Notes: generated from the letters alone by a model not told the origin. Numbered from the stretch's first letter, positions 40,002-54,619 are shown. The stretch is DNA of 64,000 bases from Octopus bimaculoides (GCF_001194135.2 NC_068993.1:5043271-5107270), one strand, 5' to 3'. Made by a program: numbers and translations.

Positions 40002-40033
<32 letters not shown>

Positions 40034-40196
40034 AAGAGAGAGAGAGAGAGAGAGTGAGAGGAGGCATTACCTTTTAGTTGATATCCTCTTCTCTCATTTA
40101 ATTGAAACTTGATATCCTACGGTTTACACACGAATATCTTCCTAAATGAAACTACTCACTGTCTATTGAATACGCATGTGGTGTGGGCATGTATAT

Positions 40197-40234
<38 letters not shown>

Positions 40235-41369
40235 CCCCCCACACACAGATATCCCCCCCCCATACACACACATGAATATATTTATAAAGACACATACATA
40301 TATACTTGTACAATCACATATATCACGCACACACATATGTAAATATATATATGCATGTATGTATGTATTGGTATATATGAATATGTATATATATANNNNN
40401 NNNNNNNNNNNNNNNNNNNNNNNNNNNNNNNNNNNNNNNNNNNNNNNNNNNNNNNNNNNNNNNNNNNNNNNNNNNNNNNNNNNNNNNNNNNNNNNNNNNN
40501 NNNNNNNNNNNNNNNNNNNNNNNNNNNNNNNNNNNNNNNNNNNNNNNNNNNNNNNNNNNNNNNNNNNNNNNNNNNNNNNNNNNNNNNNNNNNNNNNNNNN
40601 NNNNNNNNNNNNNNNNNNNNNNNNNNNNNNNNNNNNNNNNNNNNNNNNNNNNNNNNNNNNNNNNNNNNNNNNNNNNNNNNNNNNNNNNNNNNNNNNNNNN
40701 NNNNNNNNNNNNNNNNNNNNNNNNNNNNNNNNNNNNNTAGATAGATAGATAGAGAGAGAGAGGGAGAGAGAGAGAGGGGCAGTAAAAGAGAAAAAAGAAA
40801 GCATGAGAAGTGAGTTCCAAGACTTACATGATGTTGTTAAATGATAAAAAATATATTTTTATAAATAATAAAAAAAATTTTTTTCTCTCTTTTTCCTATA
40901 ATTTTAAATTACTCTGCCATCAGAGATGAGAAATAAACGGGAAGAATTCTTTTATTGTATTTTCCTTAATTTTTTTTCTTTTTTTCTTTTTTCTTAAGGG
41001 GACACTAAGGATAAGGGAGCTTATATTTTTATAATTGTTTTGCGGCATTTCTTTATGTGTATGTGCTTTTGTTTTTTCATTTTTATTAGTAATCACACTA
41101 ATGGCAGTGCCCCAGCTCGGCCACAGACTTTTTTGTGTTTAGTTTCTAATTTTTTTTGTTTTGTTTTTTTCATAATTATTAGCAATCACACTAATCACAG
41201 TGCTCTAGCATGGCCACAGCCAATTCATGGCCACAGCCAATTCATGGCCAACACCAGTAAAAGATGAAATTTATTATTGATGAAGATGGGCACTGGTTGT
41301 TGTTGCTGTTGTTGTCATCATAGATTCTGTGTTGCTGTTGTCATCGTTGTTGTTGTCGTCGTCGTCGTT

Positions 41370-41850
41370 CTTGCTCTTTAGCCCCAGGTCAACCACGACC
41401 AAGTAGACTTATGATCAAAACTATATTTCAACCAGTTGTAACCATGTCTTTTTACATATTTTTGTTTTATTATCGTTTTTCCAGCACAATGTACCAAGGA
41501 CTACAATGTGTCCTTCCTTTTCTTAAGAGAGTAGAGTATGATTTGAGGGAGATTTGGCTGCAGTTTTCAGCATGTTGGGTGAACAAGTGACCACATAGCA
41601 GCCACTGCTTGGTGCTTTTTGTTATTGCTGTTGTTACTGTTGTCGTTGTTGTTGTTGCTGCTGCTGTTGTTAGCCCCAGTTTGAGTAGACCAGTGATGGA
41701 AGGCGCTCCAACCATGACATCCCATCTTTTTTTCCTATATACAAGGAACTCCGAAACCACATAACATACACAATGTGTCTTTCATTAACATGGTAAAGTG
41801 TAATTTGAGGTAGATTTGGCTGCTATTTCTAGAAGATCAAGTTTCCACTT
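41370..41850 (+). repeat. Two copies of interspersed repeat family C
   Basis: TTAGCCCCAG...TGA(G)GG(G/T)AGATTTGGCTGC..TTT motif twice. Related copies lie at 37365-37530 and, reversed, near 30135-30205, 32810-32860, 53020-53290 and 55620-55700. Confidence 0.6.
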
Positions 41851-42096
41851 ACAAGCTCCTGCATTTAGTGATCAAATTTGTATAAATCAATCACAGATCA
41901 ACCCCTGCCCCTCCAAATCAATAATAAAACTGTGCATACATACATACATACATACATACATACATACATACATACATACAAATAACATACATATACATAT
42001 ATGTATGTAAATATATTTGTATATGTATGGTTGTACATGTATACATATAAATTTATCTGTCTGTCTGTTTGTCTGTCTGTTTATCATCTCTTTATT

Positions 42097-42131
<35 letters not shown>

Positions 42132-42734
42132 TCGTGTGTTCGTGCGTTTGTGTGTGTGTTTTTGTGTGGGTGTGTTTGTGTGTGTTCAGTTACATAAGTA
42201 TCTACATGTATAAATGCATAAATATGCATACACTTGTATGTTTATGTATTTCTCTCTGCGTGTGTGTGTGTGTGTGCGCGTGTGTGTGTGTGTGTGTGTC
42301 CGTGCGTGTCTGTGTGTATGAATGTCAGTTTGTATTCCATGCTAAACAGAGTAAATATTGCGGTGTTTATGCTTCAATGTGGACACGTAAGAACGTATGC
42401 ATGCGCAAAGTAAAGTATATGTAAAAATATGTGACACTTAATGTACATACACATAACGCATATATGCATTTGTGGACACACACACACACAAACATATACA
42501 TACATTCATGACTACATCAGTAAGTGCCTACATGTTTTCTTTCTTTTTGTCTTTTCTTTTTTCTCTCTTTCTTTTTTTTCCAAATCCTTCAAACTGTAAA
42601 GTTGTCATCTCTTCTCAAGTCTTCTTTAATTGCCTATACATACATACCTATATCTATGTATATATATATATATAAATATATACAAACATAAATATATATA
42701 TGTATGTATATATATATGTATGTATGTATGTATG

Positions 42735-42765
<31 letters not shown>

Positions 42766-43043
42766 ATATGTATGTATGTACTTATATATTTATATGTGTG
42801 GATGCATCTGTGTATGTCTGTATATGCTATGAGTGTATGTGTGTGTGTGTGTGTGTGTGTGTCANNNNNNNNNNCATCTGTGTATGTCTGTATATGCTAT
42901 GAGTGTATGTGTGTGTGTGTGTGTGTGTGTGTCAGTAATTCTGTTGACTGTGTGAAGTAAGAGGGTTGCCAGTTAATACGAGGCCTACCCTCGTTTGTAC
43001 TCCGAGGCTATTTAGGCAGCACCAGTAGTAATATCAATGCAGC

Positions 43044-43128
43044 AGGAGCAGCAACAACAGAAACAACAGCAGCAGCAGCAGCAACAACAACAGAAACAAC
43101 AGCAGCAACAGCAGCAGCAGCAGTGAAA
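43044..43128 (+). repeat. Interrupted (CAG/CAA)n trinucleotide tract
   Basis: ATGCAGCAGGAGCAGCAACAACAG...CAGCAGTGA, with an internal near-duplicated CAACAACAGAAACAACAGCAGC. Confidence 0.9.
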
Positions 43129-43269
43129 GTAGCGTATTCTATATTTCTCTCAACATATATGAGGAGGGAAGGAGAAATTTCCACCTCTTTTCCAACTGTC
43201 ATTTTTAGTTTTTAGTGTCTGTTATTAGTTATTATTATTTTTTTTCTTATATCTAACTATCTAACTACA

Positions 43270-43520
43270 CCCCGACCCCCACCCTCCTGCCATCGTCTTT
43301 TTCTTCTTCTTCTTGTTAAGCTCTGATGGTGTCCTCAACTTGGAATCTCCCTCGATCCGTGCGGAAGTTCCTCGACTAAACAGTGAGAGCTAAAAGCTAA
43401 AACGAGCTAAAGCGAGCAGGCTGTCAGTCAGTCAGGCGGGCAGGCGAGCAGGCAGACAGGCGAGCCAGCTCGCTGCACACTTGCACACGGAAAAGCAGCG
43501 TATAGGTAATAAAGTGACAA
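43270..43520. promoter_or_regulatory. CpG-rich promoter or 5' UTR-like patch
   Basis: About a dozen CpGs in about 250 bp against a CpG-poor background, an ETS-like GCGGAAGT, TCAGT initiator-like repeats, and no match to the repeat families in this window. Confidence 0.45.
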
Positions 43521-43690
43521 ACCTTAGAGAGGTAGAGGAATGCTCCACTGTGATTAGCTGACTCTATTCCTGACTGCTGGAGCATGTGACCGCTACTCTC
43601 TACCCCTCCTCAGCAACATCTTAAACAATTACAACATCAACCAGTTGTTCACTTTTCCCATCTCTACTCCGCTACAACTGTTGGCTAAAT

Positions 43691-43766
43691 ATGCTGGAGT
43701 TTTACAAAAGTATTCTTCTTCGGCTTTATGGAATACAACACAGAAACTTGGATCCTCTACAGAAAG
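43691..43766 (+). CDS. Candidate first coding exon or uORF, MLEFYKSILLRLYGIQHRNLDPLQK (phase 1)
   Basis: ATG with an upstream in-frame stop, donor AAG|GTACGC, downstream of the CpG patch. No recognisable homology. Confidence 0.3.
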
Positions 43767-44430
43767 GTACGCCTTTTTCCTTACTTTCTGTTCCAAGCCA
43801 AAACTATGAACTCTGTGCAAATTAGTCCTATTTTTTTTTTGAATATACTTGTTTTTTTTTTATATATATATTATTATTTTTTTTTTTTTTTGTTAGTTTC
43901 GCTTTCATTAGTTCCTACTTTGGTTATAAGAAGTTCTAATCCTAAGGAAGAAAAAGCAGAAAGGAAATATTTAAAAAATTCTTAAAAGGAAAAGAAATAA
44001 TAAAAAAAAGTTGAACAAAAAAAATTAACAAAAACAACTTTTTTTTTTTCACTTTTTCTGTGTGCTTCAACACAGCCGGTATCTTTTCTTTCTTTTTTCT
44101 TTTTTTTTTTTTGATGATTTCTTCAAAAAGTCAGAGACACAAAAGTAGTAAATGCCAATCATTCTTACATATCTAACCCCACCCTACTCCCCCCTCTCCC
44201 ACATTCACTCCAATCCTACACACCGCCGCCACCGGTACCTAAACAGACTAAACTATTATTCCTTTCATTCTCTTTCTTTTATTACTCAGAATGTACCTGC
44301 TCATTTCAACCTGGACGTTAATATTAAGATATTAGTATTAATTAATCTTTAGCCTTTAGTCTTTAATCTTCCCCAACCACAATGACTTACCACATAAACT
44401 TGCATTCCTCTTGTCAGGCCATGCAACTAA

Positions 44431-44461
<31 letters not shown>

Positions 44462-44881
44462 AAAGAAAATCTAAGACACAATTCAAAAACAATGAAAAAA
44501 AGCAACAAAAATAACAAAATTAATGAGAATAAAAAAAGATGGTATTGATTATCTAAGTTTTGCTTAAGTTTGTAATTTTTACTGTTCACGACACTTTGGA
44601 TTTCACTGAAGTCAATAACTAAACGTTGACTTCACTAAAGTAACAGAAAATAATATATATATATGTATGTATATATGACATTTACAAACACAAGCATAAC
44701 TTCTAATAAAAGGATAACACTCCATATATTTTGGCTATTATATGTATGTATGTATGTATGTGTGCATGTACATATGTATGTGTGCATGTACATATGTATG
44801 TATGTACGTATATATGTATGAAGGTATGTATGTATAGAGGAATGGCAGAATGAACAAATGAAACAAAATATTATACATGAG

Positions 44882-44920
<39 letters not shown>

Positions 44921-45028
44921 NNNNNNNNNNNNNNNNNNNNNNNNNNNNNNNNNNNNNNNNNNNNNNNNNNNNNNNNNNNNNNNNNNNNNNNNNNNNNNNN
45001 NNNNNNNNNNNNNNNNNNNNNNNNNNNN

Positions 45029-45068
<40 letters not shown>

Positions 45069-45512
45069 TGTATGTATGTATGTTTATATTTTAATTGGCA
45101 GAAAGTTACATGAATGCACATGCACACACACACACACACACACACACTTCGATATGTATATCTCTGTATAGATAGATAGGTAAATTGACAGGCACATATA
45201 TACATATATGTATGTACATACATCGGCATATATATATGTGTGTGTGTGTGTGTGTATGCATATATATGTATGCATATATATGTATGCATGTATGTATACA
45301 TGTACAAACATGTATGAATGTACATATGACTGTATGTATATACGCATGTATGTTTATAACAAACTACTGAGTTTAATAAAACGATATTTGCTGGGCATAC
45401 AGCTTTAATAAAACATGTCCACACACACTATTAATATTTTGAAGACTTCACCTGAATGGGTCTTGACACGCACCCCTGGACAGCAGATAACACCAGGATT
45501 TCTCTGTAACAT

Positions 45513-45579
<67 letters not shown>

Positions 45580-46062
45580 TATATGATCGTTTACATAAAA
45601 GAAAAAAACTCTTTTCCTCGGCTGTGAAATAACAAAAGGCAGTAACGATGATAGAGACAACTTTATTTCATATCTTCATGTGTTGTCTTAAAGCAACAAT
45701 CCTTTTTTATACATCAGAGGTGGTGGTCGTTCATTCAGTAGCATTTTGATTTGATCTCAGGTAAATTTTTGAAACCAATGCATCAAATGTTCGTATTCTT
45801 GTTTGCTTAATTAAGCAACTAAGTTCAGTTTAATTAGAAATATAATTACAGTTGATCAGTTTTCATCAGTAATTTTCATCATTCATCTGGAATCTGTGTT
45901 TGTGGTTGTATATACTGAAAAGAAAACTAATGTATACCTGAGCATGTATGTGTGCATGTATACATGTGTGTATATATTTATTAGGTATGTATATTTATTT
46001 ATATATATATATATGTATATATGTGTGTACATGCATATGCATGTGTGTATGTATATATTATG

Positions 46063-46101
<39 letters not shown>

Positions 46102-47934
46102 ATGTGTGATTGTATCTGAGTGTGTATTTGTATATGTAAATATATTCACCCATGTATACATACATCTATATATGTCTGTATGTATGTGTTTGTATGTGTA
46201 TGTATGTATGTATGTATGTATGTATGTATCTACATGTATGTATGTTTGTCTCTACAAACATATACAAACACTCTTACACACACGTATGTACCAATGAAAA
46301 CTTAAAAGATAACAAGACAAATAAAAAAAAAAGAGTAAAAAGAGACTTTAAAAATATAGAAAACTAAATTAAGAAAGAAAAACAAAGAAAACAATAAAAA
46401 GTTTTAAAAAGTAAAAAATAGAAACATGATAGAAAAAAAAGGAAAAAGAAGATAAGAAAACTGAGGAGTGGAGAGTTACGATAAACAAGGAATGGTAATT
46501 AAACAGGGATTAATGAATAAAGATAGGTATTTTTAATTATCATGTGCTTTTTTTTTTTTAATCATTTCTAAGAATTCAAAGAAATTTGTTTATCCGTTTG
46601 GAAAAAAAAATTCTAACCATACAGGTGTGTATGTACACACACACACATGTACACATAAATACACATATATATATATAAAATGATAAATATATATATATAC
46701 ATACATATTTGTATATGTATATATATATATGTATATCAAATGATTAATATATATACATATATGTATATGTATGTATATATGTATACATATATCTATATAT
46801 ATATAAAGTGATTAATATATACATATATATATATATATATGTATAATAAAACATAAAAAACAGACAGTGTTGGAACTCTTTTGAACAAAATAATATATTC
46901 CTCTATCCACAATCATACAAAAACAACACCTTTTTTGTATTTATTTTTACTCGCACATNNNNNNNNNNNNNNNNNNNNNNNNNNNNNNNNNNNNNNNNNN
47001 NNNNNNNNNNNNNNNNNNNNNNNNNNNNNNNNNNNNNNNNNNNNNNNNNNNNNNNNNNNNNNNNNNNNNNNNNNNNNNNNNNNNNNNNNNNNNNNNNNNN
47101 NNNNNNNNNNNNNNNNNNNNNNNNNNNNNNNNNNNNNNNNNNNNNNNNNNNNNNNNNNNNNNNNNNNNNNNNNNNNNNNNNNNNNNNNNNNNNNNNNNNN
47201 NNNNNNNNNNNNNNNNNNNNNNNNNNNNNNNNNNNNNNNNNNNNNNNNNNNATATATGTATACATATATCTATATATATATAAAGTGATTAATATATACA
47301 TATATATATATATATATGTATATATATAAAGAGACAGATAGATAGATAGATAGATAGATATAAATACACTTCCTGGAGGAGAAAACTGCAAAGGTATGTA
47401 GTGATCTATCTAGAGAAGATACTTCAAGATATTTGAATACCAAACTTCAATACTGAAAACTGTACCAATCAATGAAAATCCTCACCAGTGCAGAGTCCCA
47501 GCGCTCCCACCAACTCTTGCTATCAAAAGTGAGGACCAGATACTGCAGAATTTTAAGGTCCAAAGGCCTGCATCTTTACAATATTGGGCCAAAGAACTTG
47601 TGAAGAACTACTCACAGTGGATATAAATATATAGAAGAAACACCTGGATATTCATCTACCTGAGATTACAAAACGAACCAACATCGTGGAAATAAACACA
47701 ACCAGAGAGCACCTGCAGCAATTTCAATCTTTGTCATTAAGGCTGCAATATCTGTCGCAAATGCAAAGTTAGTGCTCAAGCTTGGCCAAAGTGCAACGGC
47801 TTCATAAATGAAAGAATAAAAAAAATATATGCAAATGTAGTGTGCATATGCACACACACATACACACACTGATATATATATGCGTGTGTATATATATACA
47901 TATATATATATATACATATATGTATATATATATA

Positions 47935-47984
<50 letters not shown>

Positions 47985-49438
47985 CACACATACATATAGA
48001 AATATATGCTTGTGTATATTTTCAAGATATACTTATATATGTATATTTTATGACTCTCAGTGGCAAAGAGCCCACACCATACCATTCCTCTCAGCTCTTT
48101 CTGATGATTGTCGTTATTAAATTGGCTGATATGAGAATATAATGTTGTATTTTATTAATGATAATATAGTCATTCTTTTAACCAATGTACGAGTGCCTGT
48201 TCTATCTGACTCATGGAATTTTAGATGACTCTCTATTTTGTCCTGTATTTTCTCATAACCAGAAAGCTAACTTTTCTAGCCTTTACTCCACGCTTCATGT
48301 TTTTGATATACCTACACACACACAAAGAAGCGCACGCACACACACACACACACACACACACTCACAAAAACACACATCCATACATATATACATATACGTG
48401 CACACACAGTACATACAAACACACACTGTACACACACACTGTACACACACACATGTACACACCCATGCACATATACACACACACATACACGCACCTGCAC
48501 ACATATGTGTGTGTGTATGTGTGTTTTTTGGTATTCACTTGACATATGCATGCTTTTTTGGCTTTTGCTGCCATTCTCAGTGTGAGGTACCTTTGGAAAT
48601 TTTCCTCCACTTTTACCTCAAATGCACCAAATCCTTGTGAAAAGGTATTTGGCCGACAGAGACCATGAGGACGCTGAATCTATGCAGGGCATGGGGAGCG
48701 GGGAGACAGCAAGTTATATTGGTATGGCATTGTAAGATGCATGCTATTGAACAAAAATACGACAGACATTTCAATACATCTCAGTTACACCATTTTACCA
48801 TTTTTACACCCTCATTCATTCGTTGTTCCATTTTACCACAATCATGAAATAATAACCAGACAAACCATTTCTACAGATATATAATCAAAGGAAACCTTTC
48901 AAGATTTTGGCATCTCAACATGACCACAGTCCACTGACTGAAAGCAGTAAAAGTCTACAGGCAATTCCATCCTTAGCATCAGTATCATAACCATCGACGT
49001 TGTCATCATTGCCGTCATCATCATCGTTTTTAAAATCACTTTTCCATGCTGGTAGGAGTTTCGGCAACGTTTCTGAGGCACAGTTTTGTTACTGGATACC
49101 TTACTTGAAGCCGAATCTTTAGATTGCCTCTTCTAACACGCTGTGAGTGATACTGTGTTCCCATTCTGAAAACCAGAGTACACACACACATGCACACACT
49201 CTATTAGATATAAACACAGATGGACAGGTATATATATATATATATATATGTATATAGACGTTTGGTTTCTATCTTCCACTCTCTCTTTCTCTCTCTCTCT
49301 CTCCCCCCTAATGTTCATATATATCATATAGATCATTAATCATCGTCATCATCACCATGTTACATCTGTATTTCCCATGCTTATTTAGATTACTTCAATC
49401 TTTTCCAATACACTGTCTCCATGTCTATTACTGTCTTC

Positions 49439-49477
<39 letters not shown>

Positions 49478-49553
49478 CATTTCCCATGCACACACACACA
49501 CAAGATTTGAGAGTGTGTGTGTCTCAGTGTTTCTGTTTTTATCCATGTGTATG

Positions 49554-49588
<35 letters not shown>

Positions 49589-51123
49589 CTGGATATATGT
49601 TCCTTTGTGTCTGTTTATACTTGTGAGCATGTGTATATGTGTGTGTGTGTGTGTATGCTTAATACTGTACATATCTGTCTATGTTTACATATGTTGTAAG
49701 AGATCGTCGACATTTCCCCATTATCTTTAGATTAAGTAATTCTTGGCAATGTTCTTGCAAAGTTTTGCAACGTTCTTGTCTTTTACTGGAACCACAAGCA
49801 AGTCTCCAGTTCTACAGTTCTCACTCTACCTGGAACTGCAAAAGCTTACTTCTAATACAAGTATATTTAAATATCGATGACAGTATTGAAAATGTGCAGG
49901 AATTGAAGAAATAGGTCTAAGAATTTGTGATTTCTTCACATTACCGAAACATCGTGTTCAATCACAGACACACAGACACACGCTTTTATGTACAGGAACT
50001 TACACTCAAACACACAGTGTGTGTGAGTGTGTGACTCTGTGTGTGTGTGTGTGTGTGTGTGTGAGTGAGTGTGTGAGTGTGTGTGTGTGTTACATGATTC
50101 AAGTTTTCGTGTCGCCTTGCCACTCCAAGCAAGATATAAATGAGGATTTTAATTGAAATCAAGACATTTATTTTGCTAACGTGAGTTTTTCTCATTTGTG
50201 AATATATTCCTAATGAAATACATGGCTTATGTATTTCAGTACCTTTTGAAAATAATCATGGAAATTTAATGGGATTTGGTAAAATAAGTTTTTCTTTATT
50301 TTTAAACTGGTGGCGCTTGGAACATAAAAGATTCTTACTCAAAATTTCAATGACTAGTTTCAATTTATGATAAAACACTTTGAAATGAATGGTTTCCTTT
50401 CTGAGAACCAGATGAATCTACAATATGACAAAGGGTTATTATATAGATTCAGTAGATTTTTGATAATTATTTTTCACTGATTAAAATACTAATTAAATGT
50501 GATCATAAAACGGAACCAGAATGGAAAGAATCAGAGCCATAAACTCATAAATCCAATTTCCTAGATTCTGTGGCGTATTTATTCCCCACCCCAGACCATT
50601 GCAGGATTACAACTTTTACCCAGCTAAATAGACAGGAGCAATATACAATGAAGTGCTCTGCTCTAGAACACAATGTATCGCCCAGTCCAGGAATTGAAAC
50701 TACAATCTTGTGATCATAAGTGTAAAACCTAACCTCTAAACTACAATTAAATGTGATGGAATGTCAGAAATAGTAGGGAACCAGGCTTAATATCTTTCCG
50801 TAATTATTTTTGCATTGTTACCATTTTTTTGTTCAAATCCCAAAGGAATCAATTTAACCATTTATTCAATTAGGGACTTGATAAAAATAATAAACATTTA
50901 TTTTATATAGGGACTGAACCTTTGTTCTACAAATCTGAGGCTTTGTGCTCACATTAAAAAAAGGAGCAGTAATATTTCTTGGAATACCGTAAACTTAAAT
51001 ATTAAGGATCTGTTCATCTTTTGCCCTATTTATTTTTGATAAGATTCACTTTTACAGAAAGTGAGTGTGCGTACGATGTGTGTGTTTGGATAATAGAATG
51101 GATGTGTTCATGTAAATGATAGG

Positions 51124-51159
<36 letters not shown>

Positions 51160-51319
51160 TGCTGGTGGTAATGTAGGCCGGTGTTAGATATAGATACCAA
51201 CATTGATGTGACAACAGCTATCTCCAAGCAATGCACCACTTCACCTAACATCAAAACCCCTGTACTTGGGCAGGTATTAGGGCCCTGCTCTACCATACCA
51301 AAAACCTTACACGTTAGCA

Positions 51320-51606
51320 CAGACTGGCAGTCGATTAAATCATTCCCAGTGCTTTATTGATACCTAATTTTATAAACCCTCAGAGGATTATTATGCAAAG
51401 TTGACCTTCGTGGGATTTGAACTTACAATGTAAAGAATTAAATCAAATACTACAAGGCATTTATTTTGCCTATCAATTCTGATAATTCCCTTCCCCAGTA
51501 TCCAGACATCAGAAACATAATATTTATTATTTGTATTTTTTATTTATTTTATTATTATTGCTGTTCTTGTGATCTAAATATACAGGGCTCAAACAAACCA
51601 CTAACA

Positions 51607-51675
<69 letters not shown>

Positions 51676-52680
51676 CCTTTCTGCTGAAGGCACAAGGCCT
51701 AAAATGTTTCACTGGTAATTAATTTATTGACCCTTAAAGGATGAAAGACAAAGACAGAATTTGAACTCAGAACATAAGGTGTTGGAATATCATGGTATTT
51801 TTTAAGATGTTCTAGTGATTCTACCACTGTCTTAACCAAAAATAATAATAACGGTTTCTAATTTTGGCACAAGGCTGGCAGTTTTTGAGGGGAGGGGGAA
51901 TTTGATTACATCAACCCCAGTATTTGGCTAGTACTTATTTCATCACCTCCCCACCCCACAAAAAAAAGGATGAAAGTAAAAGTTGACCTCGGTGGAATTT
52001 GAACTCAGAATGTAAAGATGAACGAAATAATACTAGGCTTTTCGCTGGGCAAGCTAACAGTTTCGCCAGCTTCCTGCCTCAATAATAATAATGATGATAA
52101 TAATAATAATAATCCTTTCTACTGGGAGCACAAGGCCTCAGGTATGGGGGAAGGGATTAAGTCGATTGCATCAACCCCAGTGCATAACTGGTACTTATTT
52201 AAGTGACCGCAATAATAACAACAATAATGATGATGATGATGATGGAAATTTTTTATTGACCACAAGGGCCCAAAACATGGAGGACAATATCGAAGGACAA
52301 GTTCCAGTGAACAAAAACAAAACAGAAACCAAAAAAAGAATACAAAAATAATTGTTCCAAGTTTAAGCACAAGGCTACCAGTTTTGAGGGGAGGGTGTTA
52401 GTCTATACCATCAAGTCCAATAGTTGACTCATGCTTTATTTTATCGACCCCCCGCCACCCCCAGAAGGAATAAAGGACAAAAATGACCCTAGCACAATTT
52501 GAACTTGGAATCTAAAGAGTAAAAACAAATACTTGTTTTATTTTTATTTTTATTTTCTGATGTTCTGACAATTCCGTTCATTTGCTGCTTTTGCGATGCT
52601 CTCACAATTCTGCCAGCTTGTCACTTTTCAGACACTTTAATACTTCTGCCAACTTGCCGCCTGGCCAATCTTCTAACAAT
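51320..52680 (-). mobile_element. Cluster of about five reverse SINE family B copies or fragments
   Basis: Repeated GAATTTGAACT(C/T) and CACAAGGC motifs interleaved with (AAT)n tracts. Confidence 0.7.
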
Positions 52681-52694
52681 TTTGCCAACTCACC

Positions 52695-52727
<33 letters not shown>

Positions 52728-54079
52728 ATTGATAACAATAATGATTATAGATAATTTCCTAATTGAAGCCATTTTTTAAAAATGCTATTGTTATGTTAAT
52801 TTGTTCCTTTTGTTGTTGCTGTAGCTGTTGTTGTAATGTTTAATGTTACCGCTGTATTTGCTTCAGTTCCCAGTATGCGGTTAATATTGTCACACTACAT
52901 TCACTGTTACTGAATGTGGCCACAACCAAAACCACCACTACCACCACCACCAACAACAACAATGTCATGAACCAATAAGGAATCCTCTACATAGTTATGC
53001 AACCAACTGGAATAAAAAAAAAAAGGGCAGCCATATCTCCCTCAAATCCCACCTCATTATCTAAGAAAAAGACATGTTGGTTAATGTGGTCCTACATTCC
53101 CTGTTCACATGGAACAGATAGGACAGTCACAGCTGGATTGCTTTTTATCATAATCTGCTCAATTAGGGATAACCTGGGGCTGAATAAAACCAATAGCAAC
53201 ACTATAATAACCAAGGAGCTCCTGCTTAGTCACGCAGCTAGTTGGAAATAGCAGCTAAATGTTTCTCAAATCCTGAAGAAAAATTTATGGGAAAATATGA
53301 TCACAGTAATACGGGGTGTGACAGGAAATACTTTACACAGCTATTGATGTGATGCAAGCAAAGCTGGTCAGATATTCTTTTCTACTCTAGGCACGGGACC
53401 CGAAATTTTTGGGGAGGGGGGCCAGTTGATTAGATCGACCCCAGTACGCAACTGGTACTTAATTTATCGACCCTGACATGGAATTAAGCAATAACACAAA
53501 CAACAGCAACAAAACTTAATACTGTATAACGATTGAACCAATCAACTCGTTCATTTTGTTTAAACAAATAGATTTACCTCTGTATGGTTGTTCTATCAGC
53601 TAGAAATCACAGTTAAATCTCCTTTAAGCTATACTTTACCAAATACACTTTGAATAACGTGAGGCTGGATACTCCTTAGATAGGAAATGTTGTGATGGAC
53701 ATGGGTGGAAGGGGGTGCTTATGGTCAATGGTATCATTCAATAACAACAATACTTTATAACTGATAGCTGCTACATCCCTTGATACTCGTTACCTCATAC
53801 TCCTCTATAACAAACACTTCCATCATTCCCTTTGGTACTCTCACAACAAAAGCAGCAGACTCTACAGTCTCAGATCATTTTTATCTATCCCCAATGGAAG
53901 CAATTATGTCATACCATTCCCAAAAGTTGTGTTTCCTTGTTGTCAACAATATTTCCAATGCTTCTGAAATGCTGGGGTCATTTGCTAAAGAATCTGATAA
54001 ATGCGAAGAAAGAGAAGAGAATTTGGTCCCTGACAGTGTTTGCTCTTCAAAGTCCCTTTATTGACGTCACAACTGTGTA

Positions 54080-54205
54080 AAGACAAAGGGAGACCTGTTC
54101 AATTTTAGTGCCACCACCTATCATAGAGTATGCCTCAATATCTTCTCATGGTACTTCAGGGGTGATGATCATCGGTGATTTCAATCCCAGACATGGCCAT
54201 TTACT
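54080..54205 (+). pseudogene. Decayed LINE apurinic-endonuclease fragment
   Basis: Open frame TCSILVPPPIIEYASISSHGTSGVMIIGDFNPRH. It has the IIxGDFN motif (54168-54185) preceded by a YRPP-like segment. Confidence 0.45.
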
Positions 54206-54214
54206 GTTTAAATC

Positions 54215-54375
54215 ATCACCATTTAACATTAATGTTCCTTGCTGACATGGATTGGGTTGTTTGTCAGGATTAGCTGAGACACAGGACTGTGTCATGCTCC
54301 AATGACTACTTTGGTCTGGTTTTTATAGCTGGATGCCCTTCCTAATGCCAACCACTTTATTGAGTGGACTGGGTG
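54215..54375 (-). mobile_element. Degenerate RTE 3'-end copy
   Basis: CTGGATGCCCTTCCTAATGCCAACCAC core plus a CATCACCATTTAAC end. Further degenerate tail copies lie near 35-70, 1790-1960, 3100-3200, 24690-24735, 48985-49120 and 49340-49400. Confidence 0.6.
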
Positions 54376-54545
54376 CCTTTTTCATAGCATCAGCACTTGG
54401 GAAGATCAGCTAGTAACTCACAAGGCTAGGGGGCCTAAAGTAACCCCTACAACTGATGGAGAACGGAAAGGTGAATGCATAATGATTCAAGGTGGACTCA
54501 TGAGGGAAGATCAGTAAAATGAGAGATATGGATTAATAGTTGAGA

Positions 54546-54619
54546 AGGGTAGTAGGGGAGAGAGTGACAGGGTAGTAGGGGAGAGAGTGACAGGGTAGTA
54601 GGGGAGAGAGTGACAGGGT
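54546..54619 (+). repeat. 23-bp minisatellite, three perfect copies plus a partial
   Basis: Unit AGGGTAGTAGGGGAGAGAGTGAC at 54546, 54569 and 54592. Confidence 0.95.

Noticed and set aside
43008-43202. Ala/Val-rich minus-strand ORF suggesting a membrane peptide
   Set aside because: The hydrophobic segment is simply the CTG repeat read in the Ala frame.
45716-45758. Segment with good acceptor and donor sites
   Set aside because: All three frames contain stops; such pseudo-exons are common, as are similar candidates at 48581-48644, 45435-45490 and 600-650.
47400-47810. Coding-like unique stretch
   Set aside because: All frames are broken and I found no diagnostic motif; it is possibly an old transposon.
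54546-54619. CRISPR-like reading of the 23-bp repeat
   Set aside because: The units are contiguous with no spacers and the DNA is eukaryotic.
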